The notes beneath the pieces are model-generated. The model was not told the origin of the DNA. It ran no database searches and was given only the letters and a program-made list of their open reading frames with translations. A DNA stretch of 61,719 nucleotides, counting the filler, from Basidiobolus ranarum (taxonomy: Eukaryota), in the NCBI GenBank assembly GCA_040143965.1. It is 24 parts of 24 records of this genome, joined end to end, with 100 filler letters (N's around TTAATTAATTAA, not from the genome) between each part and the next. Parts side by side here need not be neighbours in the genome. Positions count along the whole stretch, not along the records: positions 1 to 2,486 come from JASJQH010003283.1; positions 2,587 to 5,071 come from JASJQH010003284.1; positions 5,172 to 7,652 come from JASJQH010003285.1; positions 7,753 to 10,233 come from JASJQH010003286.1; positions 10,334 to 12,813 come from JASJQH010003287.1; 19 more parts are not named here. One strand, given 5' to 3'. The translations under genes were made by a program, and so were the position numbers. Positions 1 to 12,913 of the stretch are shown here, in pieces. Each line of letters opens with the position of its first letter. Position 1 is the first letter of the stretch.

Positions 1-17
1 TATTCCTAATCTTAACC

Positions 18-145
18 CCAGACTTGATTATATCTTTTTAAAACAAATCTTAATTCCAGACTTGATTATATCTTTTTAAAACAAATCTTAATTCCAGACT
101 TGATTATATCTTTTTAAAACAAATCTTAATTCCAGACTTGATTAT
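18..145 (+). repeat. 38-bp tandem repeat, about 3.4 perfect copies
   Basis: Unit CCAGACTTGATTATATCTTTTTAAAACAAATCTTAATT starts at 18, 56, 94 and 132. Confidence 0.95.
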
Positions 146-798
146 TGGAACTAAACCGCACTTCACTCAAACATGGTAATTGTAGTTAAACCCATCAAAC
201 CATATATGTATGATGTATATAATGAGTGATCAGGATGCCAATCAGTGGGATCGCTTGGTCGAGCGCATTAAGAGTTGCTTCTCAGCTCCTTGAATACGAG
301 CTGATTATCCAAATCCCGCCCCATCATGTTGATGGATTGTCATTTGCGTCACTTAAATGGAAAGATGAGCCTGAGCTGCCCACACCTATGCATTGGGTCT
401 TTGAGGAGGGATCTGTAAGGCCGTATTCCATACATGAGATAGAGGGGCTAGGTATACATCTTGATATGGACAAATCCTAGTAACATCACAGCAGAATGGG
501 TGTGGTTGGGAATTCTCAGGGATTCGCAGAAATATATGACCACCTACAGGATACTTGAGATTCAAGAGTCCAAGTGAAGTATTCCTTTGGCCTCCTCTTT
601 TAGCAGTCTCCTAGGCTGATCAGCTTGCAGTAGTCCACTACCAATCGACGAATGCGGCCTCCAAAATACATCGTTATACATGTGACTTAGACAGCCATTC
701 CGGAATCCCATTTAAATACTCATTAGTGGCTGCTATACTGTGTATCTGTCATCGGGGTTCATTATCTCGTTTCATCGAACATTTTCTACGCTAAGAAT

Positions 799-2052
799 AT
801 GCTTACTTACTTTGTTAATATGTTTCCCTATTCTTGGGCTACGCTTTGCTTCATGTTATTGCATTTCCAAAGCAAAGTACAGGCTAGACAGCTCAGCGGT
901 GAGTGTGAACTGTTGGATGAGCTGTTTCGGACATCTGGACAAAGCTGGAAAAATCAAGATGGTTGGGTAGACACAAATATTCACTGTTGCACTTGGTTTG
1001 GTATTACCTGCAACTCCAATCATACAGTGACAGAGATGTATAGTACCTTTTCTAACCTTTTGCAGTGGTAAATATACTCACATGTATGTGATTAGTGAGC
1101 TAAGCGATAATGGGCTCGTTGGTCAGTTCTTTCAGAAATTTGGTGAATTTAGATCGCTCAATAAATTGTAAGTCGCGAATCCTATGGACTTGCAGAGAAA
1201 TACCACGCTAAAGCTAACCACTTTCTAAGGGATTTGAGTAAGAATAGCTTGACAGGGAGTTTGCCTCTGGGACTTTCGTATATTGCAGGCCTGGAATATC
1301 TGTAAGTGACCATATTGTATTGAATAGGATTAGGAACCTTCTAACAAGCTTTCAGAAATTTGAGGGGAAATATGTTAACAGGTTCTATCCCCAGGCATAT
1401 CGGTCAGCTGAAGAAGCTGAAGACATTGTATGTATCCTTCGTAAAACATCTCGTGAGAGTTTTTCTGATTCCTTTGAAAATCGTAGAGATTTGAGTGAAA
1501 ATCTACTCAGTGGCTCCATTCCGTATGAGATGGGAGACATGCCGAAACTAACTGAGATGTGAGTAAGTTTTGCTTGAATATCATATTTCATTTTCTTATT
1601 CCAAACGTATTTAGCTCTCTCGATGGGAATCGTTTGATAGGAACCATCCCGGTTCAATTTATGGAGTTGGCAAATTTACAGGAATTGTAAGATTCCATCT
1701 TGATCTTTTTAGATGGTTACATCAACTAATCTGACTTCAGGTATGTGCAAAATAACCATTTAGAAGGCCCAGTTCCACCTCTAACAAGAGAGCTGCGTGC
1801 CTGTGATTTCTCGAACAATACATTTTACTGCTCGTTCCGAGAATACTCGGACAATTGTCCAGGTGTACCATCGCTTCACTGTAAAGGTTCAAGCTCATTC
1901 ACGATTGTTCTCTCTTGTACTCCAGATTAACCTTATTTCTTATGCTAGCCAATATGTATGCTTCGGAATCATACGGACTCGCAGCCTACCGCTTGGTGTA
2001 TATGATGCTACTTACAACAGCCGTTACATGTTTTCATGCCGTAAATAGTTAA
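799..2052 (+). CDS. Secreted plant-type (24-aa) leucine-rich repeat protein, 8 exons, hydrophobic C-terminal tail
   Basis: Exons 799(or 820)-1037, 1096-1167, 1230-1301, 1356-1427, 1487-1558, 1615-1686, 1741-1886, 1949-2052, all GT-AG and in frame. Signal-like N-terminus; LRRNT cap HCCTWFGITC; repeats such as DLSKNSLTGSLP, NLRGNMLTGSIP, DLSENLLSGSIP. Confidence 0.9.
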
Positions 2053-2486
2053 TCTTCCCATAAAGTTATCTAATTATTGAATCCGGAATTCTTTTACTAA
2101 TTGCAATAGATAATAAATCTATTTCCATCAATACAGTCCATATTCTATCGATGCTGTTGTCGAATCATCTCAACCATATTGCTAGAAAATAGTCCATTGC
2201 CAGTTCCTGCTAATAAAGATACACTTGGTGCATTCTTGATGATAGATTTTCACTTAGTGGAGATAATCAATCTGCAATCGATTTCCATAATGCAGGGTCA
2301 CAACCACGTGCATTCTAACCATATTCCACACAGCTTTCAAGAGAATCAATATTTGAATAGTACGCTTTCCGCATAGCTTCTGTACTTTTCTCTATCAATG
2401 CCGTAATACCTTATTGGGTTACCAACCGCATAGATCATATTGAAAGTGGAAGAGAGGGGTTAGTTATGGATAGCAACACACTACAT

Positions 2487-2586
2487 NNNNNNNNNNNNNN
2501 NNNNNNNNNNNNNNNNNNNNNNNNNNNNNNTTAATTAATTAANNNNNNNNNNNNNNNNNNNNNNNNNNNNNNNNNNNNNNNNNNNN
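2487..2586. other. Artificial contig-joining spacer N44-TTAATTAATTAA-N44 (first of 23, recurring about every 2.57 kb)
   Basis: The same linker recurs 23 times; contig lengths fall from 2486 to 2469 nt without ever increasing. Confidence 0.99.
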
Positions 2587-3135
2587 TCTTGTCTTCTCAT
2601 TATTTTTGTGTTGTGGCTATAGAAAGATATATAATAAAAATAACACCCAATATGTACGGGTGGTATTTTAGATATATCTCAGCAAATCATCAGAAGACTA
2701 TGAGATGGTGTAACAGATGAGTCATTGGGGGATTTGCAAGATATATCTAGTAATAGATGGCAATTTTAGTTTATTATAAGTTGTTTTCTAATCAATTCAA
2801 TACACCAAGTATACCATCTGAATATTTCAATGGCGTTGAAAAAGCATTCAGAATTGAAATCAAAACTGAACTTCAAGCACTAGCCTACCAGCAGGAAAGG
2901 ATGAATATCTGCAAGAACAGAGAACATATTTGATGAGCAGTCTAGCTCTGTAACCTTCCTGAATATTTATGGAATATTACTCTTATGATTTATGATAATA
3001 TCAGATCCCTAGATTCACACCAATACAATTTTCTTGAACTTTCAGGAAATTCTAATTAGTAATCATTTGTCCCTTTGGAAAAGTTTAAATGGGTGCCATA
3101 TTGTTTCAATAAAAATCATCTTGGTTTTCAACTAA

Positions 3136-3515
3136 TTGTTGCTACTTGTGAGCATTCCATATTTGACAAAGGTGTTTAGGGGATTTGGAAGTGTTTTGGA
3201 CAAGATTTGGATTTGTGAATTAGACACTTAAGTTTTATTGAATTGAATATGTCCTAATTATGGTTTACTATGAAATAGGACTATTGGACATGCTTAGATC
3301 ATAGCAAACATGCCTGTTAAGCATGGGTGTAAATTTGAGGTGATATGGAGAAGATTTGGGAAAATAGTGAAAATTGGTGAAAGTGATCTAATTGATATTT
3401 CTCTCTATTAGGGCAATAAACACACGTTTTTGAATGACAGAATTGCACACTAAATAATCAGAATATGAATAAACTAACTACTAAATAATGAGTTGCTATT
3501 TGCCTAATTTCAACA
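3136..3515 (-). repeat. Probable Copia 3' LTR (left boundary uncertain)
   Basis: Begins TGTTG right after the polypurine tract on the minus strand; related sequence near 17100-17325. Confidence 0.55.
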
Positions 3516-5071
3516 TTCCTACTCAACTAATTATTTTGTACATCTCTGAAACCCAACTTGTATATTAATAATTCAAATTGTGCTTTAGCTAAAGGTTTGG
3601 TTAAGATATCAGCTATCATTTCTTCAGTAGGGCAATAGACAAGTTCAATTTTATCATTCTCTATTGCTTCTCTAACAAATTAATGCCTAATATCTATATG
3701 TTTTGTTCTAGCATGAAATGTAGGATTTTTAGCTAATGAAATACAACTTTGATTATCTTCAAATACAGTAATAGCACATTTTTGCATGTATCCTAAGTCT
3801 GTAAGTAGCTTCATTAACCACATAGTTTCTGGTGTAGTAGCAGAGGCAGCCATATACTCTGCTTCTGTAGTGAAAAGTGCTATGGTTGGTTGCTTCTTAC
3901 TATTCCAAGTTATGGCTCCATTACCATAGAGAAAAGTGTATCCAGTTGTTGATCTTTAATCATCAATGTTTCTTCCCCAGTCTGCATCACTGTAGCCTTC
4001 AAAATTTTGTGCATCTGGAGTGGCAGAGTATTCTAGAACTCGATCTATGCTTCCTCTCAAATACCTGAACATTTATTTTACTGCAGTTTTGTGCTCAGAT
4101 CCTAGATTTTTGAGATATTGGCTGACAGTTGCCACTGCCACAGCAATGTCTGGACGTGTTCCAACCATTGTATACATTAAACTACCAACTATGGATTGAG
4201 CAGGGAACACCTGGCATTGATTTGAGTCATTTTGGGCTAAATTGGATGAAATTTTGATTATTTTCACATTGGGATCCATTGGTGTTGATATAGGCTTGCT
4301 ATTCTCCATGTTGAAGCATTTTAGGATGTCTAGGAAGTATTTAGACTGATTCAGCATGATATTCTGATGGGGTTTATCTCTCTGGATTTGGATTCCAAGA
4401 AAATAACTTAAATCACCCATATCAGTCATCTACAATTGGTTTGATAAGCTGATTTTTGTCTGATTAAGTGCTCCTAGATCAATTGTGGCTATGACTAAGT
4501 CATCCACATATAGTGCCCAGATAAGAATCCTAGTTCCGGTAGTTTTGATGTAAATACTTTGATCTGCTGTGCATTTTTGGAATTCCAGAGAATCCAAATA
4601 GGTATCTATCTTGTTGTACCATGCCCGGGTGCTTGCTTGAGTCCATAGAGCTATTTTTGCAGTTTGCAGACCATATCAGGATGTTTTTGGTCAACAAATC
4701 CATCTGGTTGCTCCATATAGATCTCTTCTTCTAGATTTCCATTCAGAAAGGCTGTTTTTATATCCATTTTATGTAGATCTAGGTTATGGACGGCTGAGAG
4801 TGCCAGGATTGATAGAATGGAGCTAAACTTAGCTACAGGAGCAAAAGCTTTATTAAAATCAACTCCTGGAGTCTGGGAATAGCCTTTTACAACTAATCTT
4901 GCTTTGTACCTTTCTATGGTTCCATCAGCCTTGTTTTTGACTTTGTAGACCCATTTGCAACCTATTGGCTTTCTCCCTGATGGATGAGGACTTAAAACCC
5001 ATGTTTTGTTGTGCTGAAGTGAAGAAAACTCTTCTGACATTGCTTTTTCCCATAATTTTGATTCTGGACAC
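3516..5071 (-). mobile_element. Ty1/Copia retrotransposon RT-RNaseH, degenerate, partial
   Basis: GCKWVYKVK, RYKARLVVKG, MDIKTAFLNG, LYVDD, GTRPDI and ADILTK motifs with stops; purine-rich tract followed by TGTTG at 3515. Confidence 0.95.
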
Positions 5072-5171
5072 NNNNNNNNNNNNNNNNNNNNNNNNNNNNN
5101 NNNNNNNNNNNNNNNTTAATTAATTAANNNNNNNNNNNNNNNNNNNNNNNNNNNNNNNNNNNNNNNNNNNN

Positions 5172-6420
5172 CTATAGGCTATATCCAAGATTTCAGACTC
5201 GGGGGCTACTGAAGAAGGCTCTATATGCACACCACCCATTATGGCCTGTTTAGCAACTTTGCAGTTTTTGCCTATGATTGGATTCAAATCATTATGGTGT
5301 TCTGCCTGCAATTCCCCTGCTGTAATAATTCTGTTGAAATCTTCTACAAAGGGTTATTCAACAGTTGCAGAAAAGCCATTTTGAATGTTGTGTTCTTGAT
5401 GGTGTTTCTGTAGAATATTGCTCAACTATTGATTTACTACTTAATTGGGGGATGAAAATTGCTTCACTTGCATTGTTGCTGGAGAGGAACACATCTGGCA
5501 AATTGATTAATGCTTCATCATTGATTGAGTGAGTTTCTGGCATGTTAATGCCTTGCAAAGCAGATAGTGGATTGCTAGACTGCTCATCAATTAAGTCCTC
5601 TGTTCTTGCTGGTTTTTTCCTTTTGTGTGAGCAAGCTTTTGTTGGAAGCCAATTTTGATTTAGAATTTGAATGCTTTTTGAGTGGCATTGAAATTTTCAG
5701 ATAGTATACTTAGTACAATAAAATTGCTTAGTAACAGCTTAAAATACACCAAAATTGCTATTCATTACCAGAAATATCCTGTACATCTCCTGATGACTCA
5801 TCTGTAGCACTATCTCAGAATCAGAGGATGATATTGATAGGCCATACTTGAGATACAACCTTTATGTTGGAGGAGTTCTTTTTCCACAATATCCCTTTTA
5901 TGCCACAACACAATTATTTAAACAAGCCCTGCTATCATTGTAACCAACTCTTGTGCCATGAATGCCAGAGGCTTCAAAGAAAAAATAAACACAAGCACAG
6001 TCACTCTACAAAACCACCAGCTGCACAAAGCCAGGTGAATATCAACAGTAATAAGTGCAGTAAATCAACTTTAGTTTTGCCCACTGCATCTGCTGGTTGT
6101 GCCTTGGCTCAAGGCTTTGTAAACATTGCTGAAAGTCAAGATACCATGGAGTTATCCCAGTTGTATGACCAGAATGAAATAAGTAAAAATGCAACTTTGG
6201 TCAAATGAGTAAGTCCAGAAAACTTTGAGGACATACTGCTAGAGTTGGATCACAGTTATTCCAGTACTGATGGTAGTATATCAGAAGATGAAGAAGAAGA
6301 CAAAGTTTTTGTCACAGACTCTTTGTTATTTGCAAGCATTAGTCCACTCATAATACTTACAGTAAAAGAAGCAGCTTTGAATATTAAGGTGTGAAGAGTT
6401 CAATCCAATCTTAGCAACCA
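5172..6420. mobile_element. Dispersed repeat lying upstream of the CACTA transposase core; copies at about 2700-2950, 11045-11900 and 41255-42530
   Basis: Clear nucleotide similarity among copies (e.g. GAAGCCAA(C/T)TTTGATTTAGA..TTGAATGCTTTT); contiguous with the transposase relic in this contig. Confidence 0.75.
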
Positions 6421-7652
6421 GGTGCTTATTGGTTTTCCTACACTTTTATCACAGTTGATTGGCAACTGTTGTTTGCTGCAGACCTGGTACAAGAGGAAAC
6501 ACTTGTCACTTGAATTATTCATAATCCTTCAGTAATTAAACTACCTTCATTTACAAATGATTGTTTTGCTTTGACAAGTGATCTGTAAAACCTGAAGTTA
6601 TGTATTGTTTGCACACAGTTGGCAGTCACTCAGTCAAGTAAATATTGTTGTATTTGGCTAACATAACATTGATTCCCCATCTTGAAGTTTGAATGATATC
6701 ACCCAAATAAAGCTCATTGATCCAATACCAAAGTACTCACCATAAAGCTGCTAGTTTTCCCAATATACTTAATAGATAGCCCTACAAGATTCTGAAAAGT
6801 CAAGGTTTTTTTGTGAACATATATGATCATACATTTGCATTGGCTGTGGATGGTTTCTGACTAAACAAATATACAGTTGGACAGGCTTTCTGTCTGACAA
6901 GTTTAAATAACACAAATCTTCCTCCTTTTGACTGGCATAACAGTCATAATACTTTGATACTGTTGATCATATCTGGAGCTAAATAACCAGTGTTTACAGA
7001 TAGCTTCTTAGAGCCTTTCATTGTGGAATATAAATGGTCATCTAATGGGGTTCAGATGGGTGAATATTTTCGAAATTTATATCATTTTATGTATAGGTGA
7101 CACTCCTGCCATCAGTAAGCTAGGAGGTTTTTGCAGGCACACTGCACTTTCTTGCTGTTGATTCTGTCAGATCAATGGAGCTTACTCTACCTGGCATATG
7201 TTCTACTACTATTCAATTACAACACTGAACTCCATGATTCTCCAGTCAAGAGCATGGTCAGATTTCAATATGCTCAGTGATATCAATTTACCAAATAGTC
7301 ACTCTAATGTCAAACTTGGGATTAGCCATAAGCCTAAGATTATATTGCTAAAGGGTATCAGCTGGAGCCAGGGCTTCCCATTAGGCACTATCCACTTACT
7401 ACTCAATAATATTCCAATACTATTTACTCAGCTATATAGTAGAAAATTCAATATGAATGAGCCATTTGAGATTGGAGCAAAGCTTAAATCAATTTGGAAA
7501 ATGCTTGAAAACATGAAGATACCATAATATTTTACCAGGATTCCCATCAATATCGAATCATATAGGTGTTTATTCAAATGCAAAGACTGGAAGTATTGAA
7601 TTTGTATATATTGAAGTGGAATTTTGAAAAGATCTCTGCCTGATAATTATTG
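6420..7652 (+). mobile_element. CACTA/EnSpm (Tnp2-type) transposase pseudogene
   Basis: FALAVDGF (~6835), NLPP, DSFLEP, GDTPAISKLGGF followed by CC*FC (~7096-7170), FPLGTIHL; many stops and frameshifts. Confidence 0.8.
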
Positions 7653-7752
7653 NNNNNNNNNNNNNNNNNNNNNNNNNNNNNNNNNNNNNNNNNNNNTTAA
7701 TTAATTAANNNNNNNNNNNNNNNNNNNNNNNNNNNNNNNNNNNNNNNNNNNN

Positions 7753-10233
7753 CTGGCTATGTGGGCAACCTTATCGTCACCTCCAATACTCATGTACTCG
7801 TTGTTTTTCACTAAACGAACTACAGAACGGTGTTCCACAAGAACTCCCTTGGGTGTTCCAGTAGATCCAGATGTATACATGATATAGGCAATGTTCGTAG
7901 AGGTTGGGCGCACAGTAGCTGATGCATTGGATTGCTTCATGAGATCGTCAATCATTTCATCTAAGCATACAACTTTTTGCTCACCATTTGTGAAAGCGCC
8001 AACTGTTGACCGTTCACATATAATGACTGAAGCCCCCGTATCTTTGAGCATGAAACTTAATCTGTCCTCAGGATACTGTGAATCTAGCGGCACATATGCA
8101 CCGCCAGCTTTCAGTATAGCAAGGAGAGCTACTATCATCAGAGGAGAGCGTTGCATACACACAGCAACTGGAGATTCAATTCTAACCCCTAGGTACGTGA
8201 GATACTTGGCAAGTTGATTTGATCTCTGGTGGAGTTGTAAGTAGGTTAGTTCCTCAGAATTGCTCACAACTGCAAGAGAATTCGGAGAGTTGTACACTTG
8301 CTCCTCAAAAATATCCACAATTGATTTGTCGCGTGGATAATTGGTCATAGTATTGTTCATTGTAATCAAAAGTTGGCTGCGATCCGAAGCGTCCAGCATG
8401 TTTATACTACCTATTTGTTGATCTGGATTTTCGACAACAGCCTTTAAAATCTTCTTCATGTTTGAGAGCATTCCACTTATCGTCTCCTCACTGAATAGGT
8501 CAGTGCTATAAATAAACTCGGCCTTCAATCCTTCTCCGTTTTTCCAGAAATGCACCTCCATGTCAAATCGTGTAGTAATCTCTGTGGTTTCCATAAGAGT
8601 GGCCTCCACATCTCCAAATTTAAAATCATCAACAGAAGCATCTTGCAATGCAAACATCACCTGAACCAAAGGATTACGACTAAGGTCACGCTCGGGTTGT
8701 AACTCGGCCACGATTTGTTCGAATGGAACATCCTGGTGACTGTATGCGCCTAAAGTAACCTCTTTGACCTGTGCCAACAGCTCTTTGAAAGTTAGCTCAT
8801 GATCCACCTGCACCCGAATTACTTGTGTGTTTACAAAGAACCCAATCATAGCTTCAGTTTCTTTCCGATTGCGATTAGCAATAGGAGAACCAATGGCAAT
8901 GTCTTCCTGACCAGTGTATTTGAAAAGCAATATCTCAAATGCTGTCATCAGTGTCATGTATAAAGTAGAAGTCTCCATCTTGCTCAGTTCTTTTAGCTGA
9001 TTAGCAAATGCTGCTGAGAAGTTTATCTCCTGAACATTTGCTTGGTAGCTGAGGACAGGTGGTCGGATGTAATCACAGGGTAAGGATAATGAACAGATAC
9101 CATCGAGTTGTTTTTTCCAATAATCCATCTGCCTATCGAGGAGCTCTCCCTGCAACCATTGCCGCTGCCATACAGCAAAGTCAGCGTATTGAAGAATAGG
9201 CTCAGGCAATGGCGATGGCTTATCCAGAGAAAAAGATTCATACAGCAAGGCTAGTTCTTTTTGCAAGATAGTGATTGACCATCCATCAGATACGATATGA
9301 TGTGTTACAATTATAAGAATATGCTCTTCGTCATTCACTTGTATGAGCTTAGCCCTCATTAGCGGCCCTTTCGATAAGTCAAATGGTCTGACAGACTCTT
9401 CCATAATCATTGCGTTAATACGGTTCTGATCACTTGTACTTCACAAAATTCAATTAATGAATTAGGTAAGTCTTCTACTGATTTGAATATTTGCACCGGA
9501 TCATTCCCTGAGAGAACAAATGTCGTTCTGAGTCCTTCATGTCTAATAATAACTTCTGCAATCGATCTCCTCAATGAATCGACATTTAACTTCCCTGCAA
9601 GTTTCAAAGTCAGTGGCATATTATAAAACGAACTATCTGGTATCAGCTCGCTCATAAACCACAGCCTCTCTTGAGCAAATGACAGTGGTAACTGGTTACG
9701 CTGAGCAATTCTCGTTAGTTCAGGAATGGAAATGGCAATTCTGTCACTCTCAGCTTTCATCTTTTCCATCTTGGCACTTAGAGACGCTATTGTAGGTGCT
9801 TCAAATAGAGCTATTAGCGGTACCTCCTGTTGCAATATCGTTCGAATCCGAGATATAACTTTGGTTGCTGACAATGAATGCCCACCTCTATCGAAGAAGC
9901 TTTCATGAATACTAATCTGGTCAAACCCGAGGACATCTGAGAATATCGACTCCAGACACTGCTCAATTGATGTTCTAGGTGCTGTATAACTGGTGCTATC
10001 TCCAATTTGTGATGATTGAGGAACAGGTAGGGCTCCACGGTTAATTTTTCCATTTCGCATGAGTGGCATCGAATCCAGGATAATAATTGCACTAGGAACC
10101 ATATACTTGGGCAATAATGTGTGGAGGAGCTCACTCATATGGGATACAAAGGGTTCGTCAACATTGATCCCTGACTCTTCTTCGTTTCGGAGATTCAATC
10201 CTGCATCACTATCGTCATCTGTTACTATATAGC
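7753..10233 (-). CDS. Non-ribosomal peptide synthetase fragment: A(C-terminus)-T-C-A(N-terminus), intronless, with a 1-nt frameshift near 9440
   Basis: YMVP..NGKINR (A10), FFDRGGHSL (T), LSFAQERLWF and HHIVSDGWS (C), AGGAYVPLD and YTSGSTGTPKGV (A3). Confidence 0.96.
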
Positions 10234-10333
10234 NNNNNNNNNNNNNNNNNNNNNNNNNNNNNNNNNNNNNNNNNNNNTTAATTAATTAANNNNNNNNNNN
10301 NNNNNNNNNNNNNNNNNNNNNNNNNNNNNNNNN

Positions 10334-10502
10334 TAAGTTGCAATATTTAGTGGATTGGAAAGGATACTCAACAAATGATCAATCATGGGAGCCAGCAACA
10401 AATCTTTCCAATTCCAAGGAACTTTGCCAGGAGTTTCACAAAGCCTACCCAGAAAAACCTGGCCCTATGATGTCTAGAAGCCATCACTAAAGAAGGGGAT
10501 AC
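10334..10502 (+). mobile_element. Ty3/Gypsy chromovirus 3' end (chromodomain and polypurine tract)
   Basis: LQYLVDWKGY..SWEPATNL..EFHKAYPEKP, then AAGAAGGGGA. Confidence 0.9.
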
Positions 10503-11043
10503 TCTCATGATTCAGATGTTGGCATACGGATCCACTACAAATAGAACTCCTCTATTATTAGATTATGACAGCATATCTGCTGTGCCATCCCTTCTTGGCC
10601 ATCTGGTTTCAGTTCATCCCGATTATCTTATATGGAAGTCATGTTCTTTGGAACATTCCATGAAGCCTGACCAATCATGTCATCCCTCACATAGTGTATT
10701 TCCGCCAAGACCTTCCATGGAAGGTCACCTGATCATCCTTATATCATCCTTACATCATCCCTCTTTGTAATGGTCATTGCAGTCCCCAACACCCCAACTC
10801 TTGAACTTGCCACAATATATTCCCTATTAAGTATATTATGTTTCATCTTGCAATATCTATATAAGCCCCATGTATTCCTTGATCAGACCTCAGTCTGATC
10901 AATGCCAGTTATCAATAAAGATTCTTGCCAAAGTATCTTCCTTGTTCAGTCTTGTCTTGTCTTGTGGTCTACACCCAAGTACTCTCATGCCTTCTAGCCT
11001 CTTGTTGTTGTTCCCAGTCCTTGTCCAGTTCCTTATTGTGACA
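10503..11043 (+). repeat. Gypsy LTR, about 540 bp; copies at 42531-43039 (-), 59251-59488 (+, partial) and 28498-28580 (+, partial)
   Basis: Family termini TGTCA...TGACA; follows the chromodomain in two independent contigs. Confidence 0.9.
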
Positions 11044-11899
11044 CTATGTAAGGGTGGCACTGTATGTATAGCCAATCAATATCATCAGCAGATTCTGAGA
11101 TGGCATCACATATGAGTCATCAGGGGATTTACAAGATAATTTTGGTAAAGGATGTCAATTTTGGTTTATTTAAAGAAGTTTCTAAGTAATTTCATTACAC
11201 CAAGTTTACTAGCTGAAAATTTTAATGCCATAGAAAAGCACTCAAAATCTAAATCAAAATTGGGTTCCAAGTAAAAGCCTGCTGACATCAATGGAAAAAA
11301 CCCAGCAAGAACAAAGAGCTTAATTGATGAGCAGTCTAGTGATCCACTATCCACTTTGGGAGGCATTAACAGGCCAGAAACTAACTCAAGCAATGATCAA
11401 GCATTGATCAATAAACCAGATGTGTTCCTTTCCATTAACAGTGCAAGTGAAGAGATTGTAATCCCCTAATTACAGAGTAAAGCAATAGTTGAGCAAAATT
11501 GAAAAGAAGCACCATCAAGATCATCAGCTTCCAAAATGGCTACTTTACCAACTACCAATCAACCCTCTATAGAGAATTTGGATAGAATTATTAAGACAAG
11601 GGAATCACAGGTGGAGCACCATTATGATTTGTATACCATCATAAGTAAAAACTGTAAAGTTGCTATACAGGCCATGACAAGCAATAACACCACAATACTG
11701 CAATTGATGCAGCATTCTGAAGCAACTAGTCAACAATTTGAGTGTCACTTAACAATGATACAAGACCTTTCAGAATGCTGTACTTGAGCTACAGCAACAT
11801 GCTGCTCCTTCCATCCTTTCTCATATGGGATTTCAATCAATCCCACAACATACATATGAACATCACCATGTAATCTATTGGAGCTGAATATGTGTCAGA

Positions 11900-12813
11900 C
11901 CATTAAGCCTACACAACAACCCAAAATTGCTTGGGCACATGAAAGTAGAAATCACATAGTAAAACCAGCAGACCACAAGACTCTGTGTGTCAGAGCTGCC
12001 ATCACTTGCTCTGATACTGAGTGATCTAACATTTTGGACACTGTAGGGAATCTTGCCCAATTTCACCTCAATTTGAGCCAATCATGGAAAACCAAAAACC
12101 AGGCATTACTCAAGGTTCTTGTCTTATTTCCCCTAACAGGAATTTCAGGATTTTTATTGTAGGAAAACCATCACAATTTTAATCCATTTGGGATTGACTG
12201 TTAACTTACTGTCAGAAAATCATCAAGTTGAATTTGATTTTAATCAATTTTTTCAGTTTCAGGAGTGAAATTTCAAGATCTGACAAAATAGTTGTATATG
12301 ATTGGCTACAATATCAGAGAAATATGGATCATGAATCTGCCTCTGGAAATGCAGATTTTGGTAATAGTGGTAAAGAATTTGGTAAGTGGGACAGTAGAGC
12401 CTAAGCTCACTGGCTCCTTTGCTTTTCCCTTGGGTTTACTAACTTCCTGCTCCTTGAGTACTTCTTGAGCTGATTTTCTTTCTTTTCCAAGTCAATAATT
12501 GTGTACATTGAGATGTTTCATGAATCAACCTATACTAGCCCAATTGCCATTTGCTTGCAAAAACCCAGCATAAGCCACATGATATAAGTCAAGAACTTTC
12601 AGAGTAATGCCTGGTTTTTGGTTTTTCCACAATTGACTCAAATCCAGGTGATTTCAGGCAAGATTATGCACAGTTTCCAAAATGTTAAACCACTCATCAT
12701 CAGAGCAAGTGATGGCAGCTCTGACATTCAGAGTCTTTTGGTTTGCCAGTTTTCCTATGAGATTTCTACTTTCATGTGCCCAAGCAATTTTGGGTCTTTG
12801 TGTAGGCTTAATG
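11900..12813. repeat. Diverged inverted repeat: arms about 11900-12125 and 12585-12813
   Basis: Opposite-strand ORFs give near-identical translations (IRASDGSSD..ISTFMCPSNFG.LCRLN). Confidence 0.85.
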
Positions 12814-12913
12814 NNNNNNNNNNNNNNNNNNNNNNNNNNNNNNNNNNNNNNNNNNNNTTAATTAATTAANNNNNNNNNNNNNNNNNNNNNNNNNNNNNNN
12901 NNNNNNNNNNNNN

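Noticed and set aside
18-145. CRISPR-like array
   Set aside because: Head-to-tail identical units with no spacers; eukaryotic context
226-660. 84-aa ORF and an RT-like RLVVDY fragment on the minus strand
   Set aside because: Too short or unrecognisable to support a call
11875-12869. Paired similar ORFs as duplicated small genes
   Set aside because: Explained by a non-coding inverted repeat; no ATG starts
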